Source: an uncultured bacterium
Lineage (GTDB): Bacteria; Acidobacteriota; HRBIN11; JAKEFK01
DNA: 64,000 nt
Reading direction: 5' to 3'
Assembly: GCA_963777505.1 (NCBI GenBank)
Contig: CAVZQN010000004.1
Location: 1,664,001-1,728,000 of the forward strand
Part shown: positions 49,558-59,215 of the stretch, piece after piece
Position numbering within the stretch: the stretch's first letter is position 1
How the letters are laid out: the number at the start of each line of letters is the position of its first letter
Program-made: the position numbers and the translations under genes
Notes under the pieces: model-generated
What the model saw: only the letters and a program-made list of their open reading frames with translations
The model's database searches: none
Told to the model about the DNA's origin: nothing

Positions 49558-50796
49558 TTGGCGACCAAAAAAAAGAGTACACATTTGCCATTTATTAGCA
49601 TTCCTGAAGCGCTTGATGAAATCCGCAAAGGGCAGATGATTGTCGTTGTTGATGATGAGGATCGTGAAAATGAAGGCGATCTAACTATCGCAGCCGAAAA
49701 AGTCACACCTGAAGCGATCAACTTTATGGCTCGTTATGGCCGTGGTTTGATTTGTCTTGCTTTGACTGGCGAACGTTTGGATGAACTTCAAATTCCACTT
49801 CAAGTCAATGAAAATACGGCGAAATATGAAACTGCTTTTTGCGTATCGATCGAAGCTAGAAGAAATGTTACGACTGGAATTTCTGCGTATGATCGAGCGA
49901 CGACCATTCATACTGCAATCGATCCTGAAACGCGTCCCGCCGATCTAGCACGTCCCGGCCATGTATTTCCACTCCGGGCCAGGAAAGGTGGTGTCATGCG
50001 CCGTGCCGGTCAAACGGAAGCTGCAGTTGATCTAGCACAACTGGCAGGCTTGTCTCCTGCAGGTGTTATTTGTGAAGTCATGAATGATGATGGAACGATG
50101 GCGCGAATTCCTCAGCTAACAAAGTTTTGCAAAAAGCATCGGATCAGGATGATCACCATCGCAGATTTAATTCAATACCGGATGTTACATGAAAGTCTTG
50201 TTCGTAAAGTTGCAGATACGAGGCTTCCAACTCGTTTCGGTGAGTTCCAGGTAAAAGCTTATGAAAGCGTTTTGGATGATGCAGTGCATATTGCTGTTGT
50301 TGCTGGTGAAGTCAAAGCGTCGGATTCAGTTCTCGTTCGCGTTCATTCTCAATGTTTAACCGGCGATATCTTTCATTCCTGGCGATGCGATTGTGGGCAG
50401 CAGCTCGAACGTGCTCTCGAATTAATCCAACAAGAAGGTAAAGGTGTTTTGTTATATCTGCATGGAGACAGGTTTGAAGGTCGTGGAATTGGGCTTCTGA
50501 ACAAATTAAAAGCATATGAATTACAGGATCGCGGTGAAGATACAGTTGAGGCCAATGAAAAGCTCGGCTTTAAAGCAGATCAACGTGATTATGGGATTGG
50601 AGCTCAAATCCTTCGAGCTCTTGGCGTCCAAAAAATGAGGTTAATGACAAACAATCCGTCAAAATATGTCGGACTCAAAGGATATGGCTTAGAGATTGTT
50701 GAACGTGTTCCACTTGAAATTGCGCCGACTGGTACGAATTTGAAATATCTCCGGACAAAAAAAGAAAAGATGGGGCATTTATTATCCGGAGTTTAG
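49558..50796 (+). CDS. ribBA: Bifunctional DHBP synthase / GTP cyclohydrolase II
   Basis: [29 protein letters not shown]...RCDCG, EGRGIGL, TNNP; TTG start. Confidence 0.95.
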   Translation: MATKKKSTHLPFISIPEALDEIRKGQMIVVVDDEDRENEGDLTIAAEKVTPEAINFMARYGRGLICLALTGERLDELQIPLQVNENTAKYETAFCVSIEARRNVTTGISAYDRATTIHTAIDPETRPADLARPGHVFPLRARKGGVMRRAGQTEAAVDLAQLAGLSPAGVICEVMNDDGTMARIPQLTKFCKKHRIRMITIADLIQYRMLHESLVRKVADTRLPTRFGEFQVKAYESVLDDAVHIAVVAGEVKASDSVLVRVHSQCLTGDIFHSWRCDCGQQLERALELIQQEGKGVLLYLHGDRFEGRGIGLLNKLKAYELQDRGEDTVEANEKLGFKADQRDYGIGAQILRALGVQKMRLMTNNPSKYVGLKGYGLEIVERVPLEIAPTGTNLKYLRTKKEKMGHLLSGV

Positions 50797-50797
50797 G

Positions 50798-51274
50798 ATG
50801 ACGGAAATAAACAATCAAGACTTTTTGCGGAAAATTAATCTATTCCAACCGCTTGAAGATTATGAACTTGTAGAAATTCTCGGGGTCTGTGTCACAAAAA
50901 ATTATCCGGCTGGTAGTCAGATTTTCGCAGATGGTGATCCTGCTTCCCGTTTTTATATTATTCGCGAAGGTGAAGTTCGTATTTCTAAAATTATCCCTGG
51001 TATCGGAGAAGAGGCTCTTGCTTTATTGCGGCCCGGGCATTTTTTCGGCGAAATGGCTCTCGTAGATGAAAACCAGAGATCGGCATTTGCATTCGCCAAT
51101 ACCGATTCCGTATTGATGGAAATTCCGATTCCTGAATTAACCGACATTTTGAAAGGAAATCCGAATCTAGCAAGCAAATTTCTATGGGAATTTTGCCGTA
51201 TTCTAACGTCACGTCTTCGCGCAACAAACGAGAGATTTTATGGCTTGTTCGCGATGTCATCCTTCTTTAAATGA
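50798..51274 (+). CDS. Stand-alone cyclic nucleotide-binding domain protein
   Basis: IFADGD, FYIIREGEV, FFGEMALV...RSA; no HTH. Confidence 0.88.
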   Translation: MTEINNQDFLRKINLFQPLEDYELVEILGVCVTKNYPAGSQIFADGDPASRFYIIREGEVRISKIIPGIGEEALALLRPGHFFGEMALVDENQRSAFAFANTDSVLMEIPIPELTDILKGNPNLASKFLWEFCRILTSRLRATNERFYGLFAMSSFFK

Positions 51275-51308
51275 GATGCCTGTATCTCGCATCTTGCATC
51301 AGTAAATT

Positions 51309-52634
51309 ATGTTTGATCAACTCAGTGAAAAACTTCAAAGAACTCTAAAAAATCTTCGGGGAGAAGGAAAGCTAACTCCCAAGCATATTGAAGAGGGAAT
51401 GCGTGAAATCCGTATTGCTCTTCTTGAAGCAGATGTCAATTTCAAAGTTGTAAAAAACTTTATTGAGTCTGTACAGGCAAAATGTCTGAATCAGGAAGTC
51501 CTGGATTCATTAACTCCTGGACAACAGGTTGTAAAAATCGTCCGCGATGAATTGATTCACCTCCTGGGTGATAGCAATTCGAGTCTGATGTTCAGCGAGC
51601 CGCCAACAGTTTTCATGCTTGTCGGTTTGCAGGGTTCAGGAAAAACCACCACTGCAGGTAAGCTTGCGCTTTGGCTGCGTAAGCAAGGACGTGCTCCCTA
51701 TTTAGTATCTACAGATGTTTATCGTCCCGCGGCAATGGACCAGCTTGCGGTTCTGGCGAAACAATCTCAAATTCCTTTTTATCCTGCTACGCCTGATCAG
51801 GATCCTGTGGATATTGCGAAAAAAGCACTCTATGAAGCGAAGAACACCGGCTATTCAGTATTGATTGTTGATACAGCCGGCCGTCTGCATCTTGATGATG
51901 AATTGATGAAAGAACTTCAGCGAATGAAGGAAGCAGTCGTACCGAAGGAAATTTTATTTATTGCTGATGCAATGACTGGACAGGACGCTGTAAAGAGTGG
52001 AGACGCTTTCAACAAAGCGCTTGATGTAACCGGTTTGATTCTTACAAAGATGGACGGAGATGCAAAAGGGGGCGCCGCTCTTTCAATCCGTATGGTTACT
52101 CAAAAGCCGATCAAAATGGTCGGTACCGGTGAAAAGGTTGGCGAGTTCGAAATTTTTTATCCGGACCGCCTCGCTTCACGCATTCTTGGAATGGGCGATA
52201 TCCTCTCGTTGATTGAAAAAGCCGAAGAATCATTTGACCGAAAGAAAGCCGAGAAACTTGAACGAAAGCTGAGAAAAGAAGCATTCACTCTGGAAGACTT
52301 TCGTGATCAGCTTTTACAAATCAAAAAAATGGGACCACTTTCTCAGATCATCGGTATGCTTCCAGGGATGAATTCAAGCATGATGAAAAACATGAACATG
52401 GATGAAAAGGCCCTTGTAAGAATCGAAGCAATTATCAATTCAATGACTCCTGGCGAGCGCGCAAACCACAGTCTGATTAATGGCAGCCGCAGAAAACGGA
52501 TCGCTAAAGGAAGCGGCACAAGTGTTGAAGAAGTAAATCGGCTTCTGAAACAGTTTGTTCAAGCGCAGAAATTGATTAAGCAAGTTGCAAACATGGATCC
52601 TAAGAAAATGCGCTTCCCGTTTCCGCCGCGTTAG
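51309..52634 (+). CDS. ffh: Signal recognition particle protein Ffh
   Basis: LLEADV, GLQGSGKTTT, DVYRPAA, DTAGRL, RILGMGD, SRRKRIAKGSG. Confidence 0.97.
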   Translation: MFDQLSEKLQRTLKNLRGEGKLTPKHIEEGMREIRIALLEADVNFKVVKNFIESVQAKCLNQEVLDSLTPGQQVVKIVRDELIHLLGDSNSSLMFSEPPTVFMLVGLQGSGKTTTAGKLALWLRKQGRAPYLVSTDVYRPAAMDQLAVLAKQSQIPFYPATPDQDPVDIAKKALYEAKNTGYSVLIVDTAGRLHLDDELMKELQRMKEAVVPKEILFIADAMTGQDAVKSGDAFNKALDVTGLILTKMDGDAKGGAALSIRMVTQKPIKMVGTGEKVGEFEIFYPDRLASRILGMGDILSLIEKAEESFDRKKAEKLERKLRKEAFTLEDFRDQLLQIKKMGPLSQIIGMLPGMNSSMMKNMNMDEKALVRIEAIINSMTPGERANHSLINGSRRKRIAKGSGTSVEEVNRLLKQFVQAQKLIKQVANMDPKKMRFPFPPR

Positions 52635-52692
52635 TAGGGGCCGGTCTTGTGCCGGCCCGTGATTGGGCCGCCACAAGGGCGGCCCCTACTAA
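52631..52692. repeat. GTAG-type REP doublet between ffh and the HAD gene
   Basis: TAGTAGGGGCCGGTCTTGTGCCGGCCC...GGGCCGCCACAAGGGCGGCCCCTACTA. Confidence 0.85.
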
Positions 52693-53333
52693 TGAAATAT
52701 AAAGCTCTCATCTTCGACCTTGATGGAACTCTTGTCGATTCATATCCAGCCATTCATGAAAGTTTGAATCATACTCTTACTTCTTTTGGCATGCCTCCAG
52801 TGGATCTTCCCACAGTCAAAAAAATGGTTGGGCGAGGCCTTGAAAATCTAATCCGTGATGCAATCGGGCAGGAGCATCTTAAAGAAGGTATTGAATCCTT
52901 CAAACGCAGTTATGATGAGACTCATTTGAGCGGGACTTTGTTGCTTCCACAGGTAAAAGAGACTCTTCAACGCTTGAATGATTCGGGATTGAGCATGGCT
53001 GTTGCAAGCAATAAGCCTTCCGGTTATAGCAAAAATATTCTTCGTCACTTTGAGATCGATCAATACTTTGCTGCATGTTATGGTCCTGATATTGTTCAGT
53101 TCATTAAACCGCATCCAGCAATGCTTCAGGGTTTGATGACGCTTCTGAATGTTGCACCTCATGAGACTCTGTACGTCGGAGACATGACTCTGGATCTGGA
53201 AACTGCCCAAAATGCAGATGTGAAGGCCGCATTGATTCCTACCGGCGGGAATAGTGTTGATGAGTTAAAGGCTATTCGTCCCGATTACTTATTGAAAGAC
53301 TTTTCAGAACTGTTTAGTTTGTGTTTTCCGTGA
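52692..53333 (+). CDS. HAD IA hydrolase, phosphoglycolate phosphatase-like
   Basis: IFDLDGTLVDS, VASNK, KPHP, YVGD. Start at ATG 52692; the upstream ORF extension is the REP. Confidence 0.88.
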   Translation: MKYKALIFDLDGTLVDSYPAIHESLNHTLTSFGMPPVDLPTVKKMVGRGLENLIRDAIGQEHLKEGIESFKRSYDETHLSGTLLLPQVKETLQRLNDSGLSMAVASNKPSGYSKNILRHFEIDQYFAACYGPDIVQFIKPHPAMLQGLMTLLNVAPHETLYVGDMTLDLETAQNADVKAALIPTGGNSVDELKAIRPDYLLKDFSELFSLCFP

Positions 53334-54657
53334 AGCGAATCGAATCGGCTTGAATCGATGCCATCTCTTCGGTGACTGTCGATTGAATCTTCACATTCTG
53401 GAGTTGAACAAAAACCGGAGCCGATTGGGACTTAAATTCTGCAAGCTCACCTGGAGTTAATGGCTCTGCTTGCGGCGATTTAATGCTGAGGAAGTTTATG
53501 TATTTTCCTTTCTTCATGAACCGGAAATCAAGATGTGGTCCGGTTGCCAATCCAGTTGAACCAACGTAACCAATTACCTGACCTTGTGAAACAGAAGCGC
53601 CTGAGCGAACTCCGCTCGCATAACGGGATAAATGGCAATAAACAGTTGTGATGTCGCGATCATGTTGAATTTTTACTGTCTTGCCTGCACCACCGGCCCA
53701 GCCTGCAAGAATCACTTTGCCTTTGCCGATCGCTCTTACAGGTGTTCCGGACGGGGCTGCGTAATCGATTCCATAATGAGGACGATATCTTTTTAAAACC
53801 GGATGATAACGGCGTGCTGTAAATCCTGAACTAACACGGCTGAACTTCATTGGAGATGCAAGAAAAGCCTTCTTCATCGCTTTTCCATCGGGCGAAAAGA
53901 ACTCCCAATTATTTTTGTGCTGATAACCAACGGCCTGATAGGGCTTTTCTTTGTTTATGAGTTCTGCTGCCAGGATCTTTCCGTATCCATAATGTTGTCC
54001 ACGAACAAACTGCTTTTCATAAATAATGCGGAATGTATCGCCTGCTTTTAAGTCTTTAAAGAAATCCACATCCCATTCAAAGATTTCTGCAAAACGGATC
54101 ACAAGCTCATCTTCTTCACCCAGCTTATCGATTGTGCTGTAGAGTGAACCCTGAATCTCACCGCCAAGTTCGTGCACTTCTACATCGGCAGTATAGCGCT
54201 CCATTTCAGCGCGGATCGTATTATCTACAAAATTGACAACCAGCTTTTGAAAGGGATCAATCGTATACTCAAGTTTGGAGAATTGTTCGTCCGGAGTTCG
54301 CGTAATCACGAGAGTTTTGCCGGCGCCGATCCGGGCAAGATTATAAACATCCTTCGCGCCATCATAAATCTGCAAAATCGTTTCAGAATTAAAGCCCTGG
54401 GATTCCATGACTTCACTAAATGTCTGGTTTCTGCCAATAACGACTTCTTGAATTTTGGGCTCCGGCTTCGGTGGTGGCTTATGTTCAAACTTTGGCACGG
54501 GCGGAGCAACAGACATTAAGGTCGCATTCGTGTTCAGGGTTAACTTGCTGGATAAGTCCCTGTAGGCGAGATACAGCACGGACGACAGTAGGAATAGGAC
54601 TATCACGACGCCGTGATATATGGAAATACGTGTACGGTTCTTTGGTTCCTCTCTCAT
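53314..54657 (-). CDS. M23 family peptidoglycan endopeptidase (MepM-like)
   Basis: HYGIDYAA, YCHLS, TGPHLDF; N-terminal TM. Confidence 0.92.
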   Translation of the reverse strand: MREEPKNRTRISIYHGVVIVLFLLSSVLYLAYRDLSSKLTLNTNATLMSVAPPVPKFEHKPPPKPEPKIQEVVIGRNQTFSEVMESQGFNSETILQIYDGAKDVYNLARIGAGKTLVITRTPDEQFSKLEYTIDPFQKLVVNFVDNTIRAEMERYTADVEVHELGGEIQGSLYSTIDKLGEEDELVIRFAEIFEWDVDFFKDLKAGDTFRIIYEKQFVRGQHYGYGKILAAELINKEKPYQAVGYQHKNNWEFFSPDGKAMKKAFLASPMKFSRVSSGFTARRYHPVLKRYRPHYGIDYAAPSGTPVRAIGKGKVILAGWAGGAGKTVKIQHDRDITTVYCHLSRYASGVRSGASVSQGQVIGYVGSTGLATGPHLDFRFMKKGKYINFLSIKSPQAEPLTPGELAEFKSQSAPVFVQLQNVKIQSTVTEEMASIQADSIRFTENTN

Positions 54658-54806
54658 TATCCCATGTCTTAGATAACAGTATTTTCCGGGTTTGTCAATA
54701 AAAATCTGTTCATCATAATACTATCTTCCTCGTATAGACGTAATAACTCCAAGTTTCTGCGGTAAGAAAAGTCTATGTTAGAATGTCATGTTTATTTAGA
54801 CGCGCT

Positions 54807-55046
54807 ATGGAAGAATTAAGCCAAAAGGAAGTAGATATACTAAGGTTTATCCGGAATCAACGCCACAAGACTACCGTTGAGGAAATTGCCCGCGGCCTGA
54901 ACTTATCTCCGCCGGACGTGCAGGTATTTGTAAGCGGCATGATGGCGCAAGATCTTTTAAAGGTGGTTCCTGGAAACCGGCGAGCCGATGATGGCTATTA
55001 TACAAATCCCGAGGCGCGGGAAAAGATTTACGATCTTCTCGGGTGA
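54807..55046 (+). CDS. Small winged-helix-like protein
   Basis: LSQKEVDILRFI...TVEEIARGLNLS...V..FV..M...LL pattern. Start at 54807 or 54783. Confidence 0.6.
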   Translation: MEELSQKEVDILRFIRNQRHKTTVEEIARGLNLSPPDVQVFVSGMMAQDLLKVVPGNRRADDGYYTNPEAREKIYDLLG

Positions 55047-55082
55047 TTCTCAGCGCGTACTATCCTTCCACATAAAGGATCC

Positions 55083-56210
55083 ATGAAAGTATTAACACCG
55101 GTCACACATAGTTTTCGCTTGCACGAATTCCAGGGCTCTGTTCCTGTTCAGGTCAACTTCAAGCCGAAACCACATTTATTTACAGTCGATATTTACTCAT
55201 ATTTGCGCCAGGAACACCCTCATACACATTTAGGATGGTGGTCATTTCAACTGCCGCCTGGAAGCCGTTTGATTCAAGTTCATGTGGATTTTCGAAACAT
55301 CAGCCAGCAATCCGTTAAGTTGATCGTGGATGGCAACAAAATTCTATGCGGCGATCACTGGCTGAATCCTTCCTATTTGTTTGATCCTTTGCAAGATCTC
55401 CAACTCGTTTTGAGGGATGGGGCCTTGAATATTGAGCAACTCGAGCATGTGATCATGAAGATTGATGATCCTCAAGTGCTCAAGCAGTTCTATGCGAGAC
55501 TGCATGCGACCGGTGGTTATGGCAGTCCTTTGCCATTTTTGCCGACAATGCATTATTACAAACTTGATGTATTGAAGAAGCTGTTTACGAAATTCATACC
55601 CGCCGGCGGGAATGCACTCGATCTTGGCTGCGGACGTTGCCTTTTTACAGACATTCAGCCGAACTGGCCATTTAAGATTTTTGCAGGTGATCTGGATACG
55701 GGTTTAATCAAAGAGCGTAAAGCGGAAGTGCCACAAAATTATTGGTTTATTTCTGATGTTTTAAACGTTCCATTTCGAAATGATTATTTTGACGGGCTAT
55801 TTGTTGGTGAAATTATCGAACACGTGAATGATCCGGGGCTCGTCTTAAAGGAATGGAGACGGGTTTTAAAGCCAGGTGGAATTTTGATTTTAACGACTCC
55901 GAATCGCGAACGGCTCCTTGCATTAATTGAAGGAAGGGAACGCCCTTATTCGCCCGATCATTTACGTGAACTGTCGTACAAAGAACTTAGGGATGAAGTA
56001 CTTCCCAGTGCCGGATTTAAAGTTCTGATCAGTACAGGAATTTATCTTGAGGTACTGTTAAACTGGCTGAGTGGAAATCCACGACGCGATTATCTTCAGG
56101 CAGAATGGAATAAAGATAAGTATGTGCCTCTGATGAAGGTGTTTAACAGGCTTGGGCGCGTTTTTCCACAATATTCACTGGATATGATTTTCGTATGTCA
56201 AAAATTGTAA
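55083..56210 (+). CDS. Class I SAM-dependent methyltransferase with uncharacterised N-terminal domain
   Basis: LDLGCGR, PFRNDYFD, EIIEHV, RVLKPGGILILTTPN. Confidence 0.85.
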   Translation: MKVLTPVTHSFRLHEFQGSVPVQVNFKPKPHLFTVDIYSYLRQEHPHTHLGWWSFQLPPGSRLIQVHVDFRNISQQSVKLIVDGNKILCGDHWLNPSYLFDPLQDLQLVLRDGALNIEQLEHVIMKIDDPQVLKQFYARLHATGGYGSPLPFLPTMHYYKLDVLKKLFTKFIPAGGNALDLGCGRCLFTDIQPNWPFKIFAGDLDTGLIKERKAEVPQNYWFISDVLNVPFRNDYFDGLFVGEIIEHVNDPGLVLKEWRRVLKPGGILILTTPNRERLLALIEGRERPYSPDHLRELSYKELRDEVLPSAGFKVLISTGIYLEVLLNWLSGNPRRDYLQAEWNKDKYVPLMKVFNRLGRVFPQYSLDMIFVCQKL

Positions 56211-56797
56211 GTATTATTATTGTAATACTATTCTTATCGTACGACATTTTTGCTATCGATACGTACATTATCCGCCCGGTGGTTCGTAAAGAGTATGAAA
56301 TCAAGGAAGATCAAGTTTACTTCCGCAGCGGAAATGGAGGAATCATTGTAAAATGCATCCGCCCGAGCGATGTACCTCCCTATTATGCCGCTCGCGGTGC
56401 TGACTGGATCGGCAATCCGTTTGCACGTTCTGAATTCGCAAGTCCAACACTTTTTCTCATAACTATATTTAACCGGACGAATGGAAATGCTACATTCACA
56501 CCGGGTCTGGTTACGATAAAAATCAGAGATGAAGCCTCGTTTCCAGTGGACTACATAATGCTCACACAGGTGCTTGAAGGTTTGTCTTCACGTGAAAAAA
56601 AAGTGTTAGAAGACTCAATCTTTCATTCCCCCGAAACGATCAAGGCAGGTCAAGTAGTCAGTAAATTCTTGATGTTTCCTACTTTACCTGACAAGAATTT
56701 GGACTTTCGACTCGAATTCGACTACCTCTACTTCGAATCAAAAGAAGTACGCGCAAAATTCTATTTCACAAAAGAACGGATCCGTGTCAAAGAATAA
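56195..56797 (+). CDS. Hypothetical exported protein
   Basis: Hydrophobic N-terminal signal; overlaps both neighbours. Confidence 0.7.
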   Translation: MSKIVSIIIVILFLSYDIFAIDTYIIRPVVRKEYEIKEDQVYFRSGNGGIIVKCIRPSDVPPYYAARGADWIGNPFARSEFASPTLFLITIFNRTNGNATFTPGLVTIKIRDEASFPVDYIMLTQVLEGLSSREKKVLEDSIFHSPETIKAGQVVSKFLMFPTLPDKNLDFRLEFDYLYFESKEVRAKFYFTKERIRVKE

Positions 56798-57707
56798 ATT
56801 CAGCTTTTACCGCAAAGCCACAAAGATCTTTCTGATACTTTCGCTCGCTGCGACAGTATTCGCATCTGAACATCCGAGAGTCGTTGTCCTTGGAATTGCT
56901 CAGGATGGCGGAGTTCCCCAAATTGGATGCACACAAAATATCTGTCGTACCTCAAAACATTTTGTAAGCTCGTTAGCTCTAATAGATGAGAATTCGCTTT
57001 TCTTAATCGATGCAACACCTGATCTGCGGCAGCAGCATTCCGAACTTACCAGGCGCTATCCAAACGCGGTGAGGCCGAATTTGTTTGATGGGATCTTGCT
57101 TACGCATGCGCATATGGGACACTATGCCGGTCTGCTTTACCTGGGAAAAGAATCAATTTCAACAAAAAAAGTTCCTGTGTTTTGCAGCGCTGAAATGGCA
57201 GATTATCTTACGCGCAATCATCCTTGGAGTTTGCTCGTTTCAAATGGAAACATCGAGATCCGTATTTTCGAAGCAGACAAACCAATTCAACTAGGATCCT
57301 TTACAGTGACACCGATCGCCGTTCCTCATCGCAAGGAATTTACCGATACTCACGGGTTCATCATTCGGAATTCTCAGAATTCACTTGTTTATGTTCCTGA
57401 TATTGATTCATGGGATCCTGTCCGTGAAAAAATATCCAGCTTACTTTCGAAAAATACATACGCACTTCTGGATGGAACGTTTTATTCGGGGAAGGAATTG
57501 CCCGGACGCAACATGCGTCTTGTACCCCATCCTACAATTGAAAGCTCTTTGGAATTTTTGAAAGGAATTCCACCATTTCAATGCAAGATATATTTCACGC
57601 ATCTGAATCACACAAACCCGCTGCTGGATTCAAGCTCAACTGAGTCTTCAGCCTTCGGAGATACTGCTTACCAGATTGCTCAGGAATGGCAGGAATTTAA
57701 ACTGTAG
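56784..57707 (+). CDS. PqqB/PhnP-like metallo-beta-lactamase-fold hydrolase with signal peptide
   Basis: LGIAQDGGVPQIGC, DATPD, THAHMGHY, VPHR, PDID, DGTFY, HLNHTNP. Confidence 0.85.
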   Translation: MSKNKFSFYRKATKIFLILSLAATVFASEHPRVVVLGIAQDGGVPQIGCTQNICRTSKHFVSSLALIDENSLFLIDATPDLRQQHSELTRRYPNAVRPNLFDGILLTHAHMGHYAGLLYLGKESISTKKVPVFCSAEMADYLTRNHPWSLLVSNGNIEIRIFEADKPIQLGSFTVTPIAVPHRKEFTDTHGFIIRNSQNSLVYVPDIDSWDPVREKISSLLSKNTYALLDGTFYSGKELPGRNMRLVPHPTIESSLEFLKGIPPFQCKIYFTHLNHTNPLLDSSSTESSAFGDTAYQIAQEWQEFKL

Positions 57708-57718
57708 ATTTCTAAATA

Positions 57719-59215
57719 ATGAAAAGAATTTCAATACTAATCGCATCTGCAATTGTACTTTCATTTTTCTATTTGAATTTGAGCGCAAAAACTTCGCAAA
57801 GGATTGTAGGTTTAATTCAGAATCGGCAACTGGTGGTGGAACCAGAGTTCTATAAGAAACAGACGTTACAACCTGAGACAATCGGTGAAAAACTCATCGC
57901 GCAAATCATTCCACAATCCAGCCCGGCTCAAACACAAACACAAACGCAAAGTCAAACTCAAACTCAAACTCAAACCCAGACTCAGAGCCAAACCCAGACC
58001 CAAACACAGACTCAGGCCCAATATCTTTTCATTGGATTTCCGCTGCAGCATTCATGGAAATATAAAACGAATGCGCCTATTGTTGCTCAACCTCAAACCG
58101 ATACAGTCACGGTTTATATCGCTTCAAAAGCGGGAGGTATCCATCGCGTTCAACAATTGGATGGGAAAATGGTTTGGCGAGCAAATGTAGGTGACAACGT
58201 TGAAGATGCTTTTCTTTTGTTGAATAGAACACTCTATGTAGGAACAACTGGAGGCAGAATTCATGCAATTTCTGCCGATCTTGGCAAATCAATCTGGAAA
58301 AAAGAATTTTCGGAAGAAAGTTTCTTAACTCGTCCTGCAGTGGATGAGGAAAATCTCTATTTCGTAAGTCAAAAGGGTTCAGTTCTCTGCATCAATCAAA
58401 AAACAGGAGCAGCTGTGTGGCGTTATAAAGCTCAAGGTCCGTGTCTCACCGCCGCATGGATCTACGATAAAAAGGTGTTTGCAGGCTGTAATGATAAAAA
58501 TCTTTATGCACTGGACGCAGTAGCAGGATTTGTAAAATGGAAGTTTACTGCTCCCGTTGAAATTCAAGGCTCACCTGTGGCCGGTCCTGAAGGTGTATTT
58601 TTCGGAAGTGAAGATGGTAATTTTTATGCGCTTGATTTAGAAACCGGACAATTAAAGTGGAAGTATAAAACAGGCGGAGCCATTCGCGGTGTTCCTATGT
58701 TTTATAAGGATGAAGAGTTAGGACTGATTGAAGACATCATCACGCCATCCTTCGATAATTTTTTATATAGTCTTAAAATCAAAAATGGCGGAAGAAGTTG
58801 GTTGAGTCCCACAGCAGCAAGAGTGTATACACGGATGCACCTGGATCGTGCATTAATTTTTCTTACTCCTTTTGGGTCTAACGTTTTAGGATACGATCCG
58901 CATACAGGACAAGTTGTGGGAGATTTTAATCCTGGAAACAGAATTCGGTCGGCTCCTAATACCGCAAGTGACAGATTATTTTTAGGACTCAATGATGGCC
59001 GGCTGGTTTGTCTTACACGACAGCCTCCTCCACCTCCTGAATCTGAAGAATCTCAGACTCAGACTCAAACTCAGACACAAACGCAGACTCAAACCCAAAC
59101 TGAGACGCAAACTGAGCCTGAAGAACAAACCGAGCCTATGTTAGAATCACAAACGCAGACCCAAACTCAAACTCAAACCCAGAGTCAGATGCAAACTCAA
59201 ACGTCTGTTAATTGA
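57719..59215 (+). CDS. Exported PQQ-like beta-propeller (BamB-like) protein flanked by Gln-Thr repeats
   Basis: Repeated YALD..TG..KW blades; QT tracts at both ends. Confidence 0.85.
   Translation: MKRISILIASAIVLSFFYLNLSAKTSQRIVGLIQNRQLVVEPEFYKKQTLQPETIGEKLIAQIIPQSSPAQTQTQTQSQTQTQTQTQTQSQTQTQTQTQAQYLFIGFPLQHSWKYKTNAPIVAQPQTDTVTVYIASKAGGIHRVQQLDGKMVWRANVGDNVEDAFLLLNRTLYVGTTGGRIHAISADLGKSIWKKEFSEESFLTRPAVDEENLYFVSQKGSVLCINQKTGAAVWRYKAQGPCLTAAWIYDKKVFAGCNDKNLYALDAVAGFVKWKFTAPVEIQGSPVAGPEGVFFGSEDGNFYALDLETGQLKWKYKTGGAIRGVPMFYKDEELGLIEDIITPSFDNFLYSLKIKNGGRSWLSPTAARVYTRMHLDRALIFLTPFGSNVLGYDPHTGQVVGDFNPGNRIRSAPNTASDRLFLGLNDGRLVCLTRQPPPPPESEESQTQTQTQTQTQTQTQTETQTEPEEQTEPMLESQTQTQTQTQTQSQMQTQTSVN
57929..58021 (+). 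repeat. Coding hexamer repeat (CARACN)n encoding (QT)n
   Basis: caaacacaaacacaaacgcaaagtcaaact...; wobble positions vary. Confidence 0.85.
59054..59203 (+). repeat. Second coding (QT)n repeat
   Basis: cagactcagactcaaactcagacacaaacg... Confidence 0.85.

Noticed and set aside
46825-52692. SRP RNA (ffs) or FMN riboswitch near ftsY/ffh/rib
   Set aside because: Intergenic gaps are about 60 nt or less and lack the SRP CAGG..GGAAG..AGCAG core or RFN motifs.
54670-54698. Sigma70 promoter for the M23 peptidase
   Set aside because: TTGACA is present but there is no acceptable -10 hexamer at 16-18 nt spacing.
57929-59203. CRISPR array
   Set aside because: These are in-frame hexamer repeats with wobble variation, no unique spacers and no cas genes.
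56784-59215. PQQ biosynthesis or quinoprotein dehydrogenase locus
   Set aside because: No pqqA/C/D/E in the window; the propeller is a generic BamB-like repeat.
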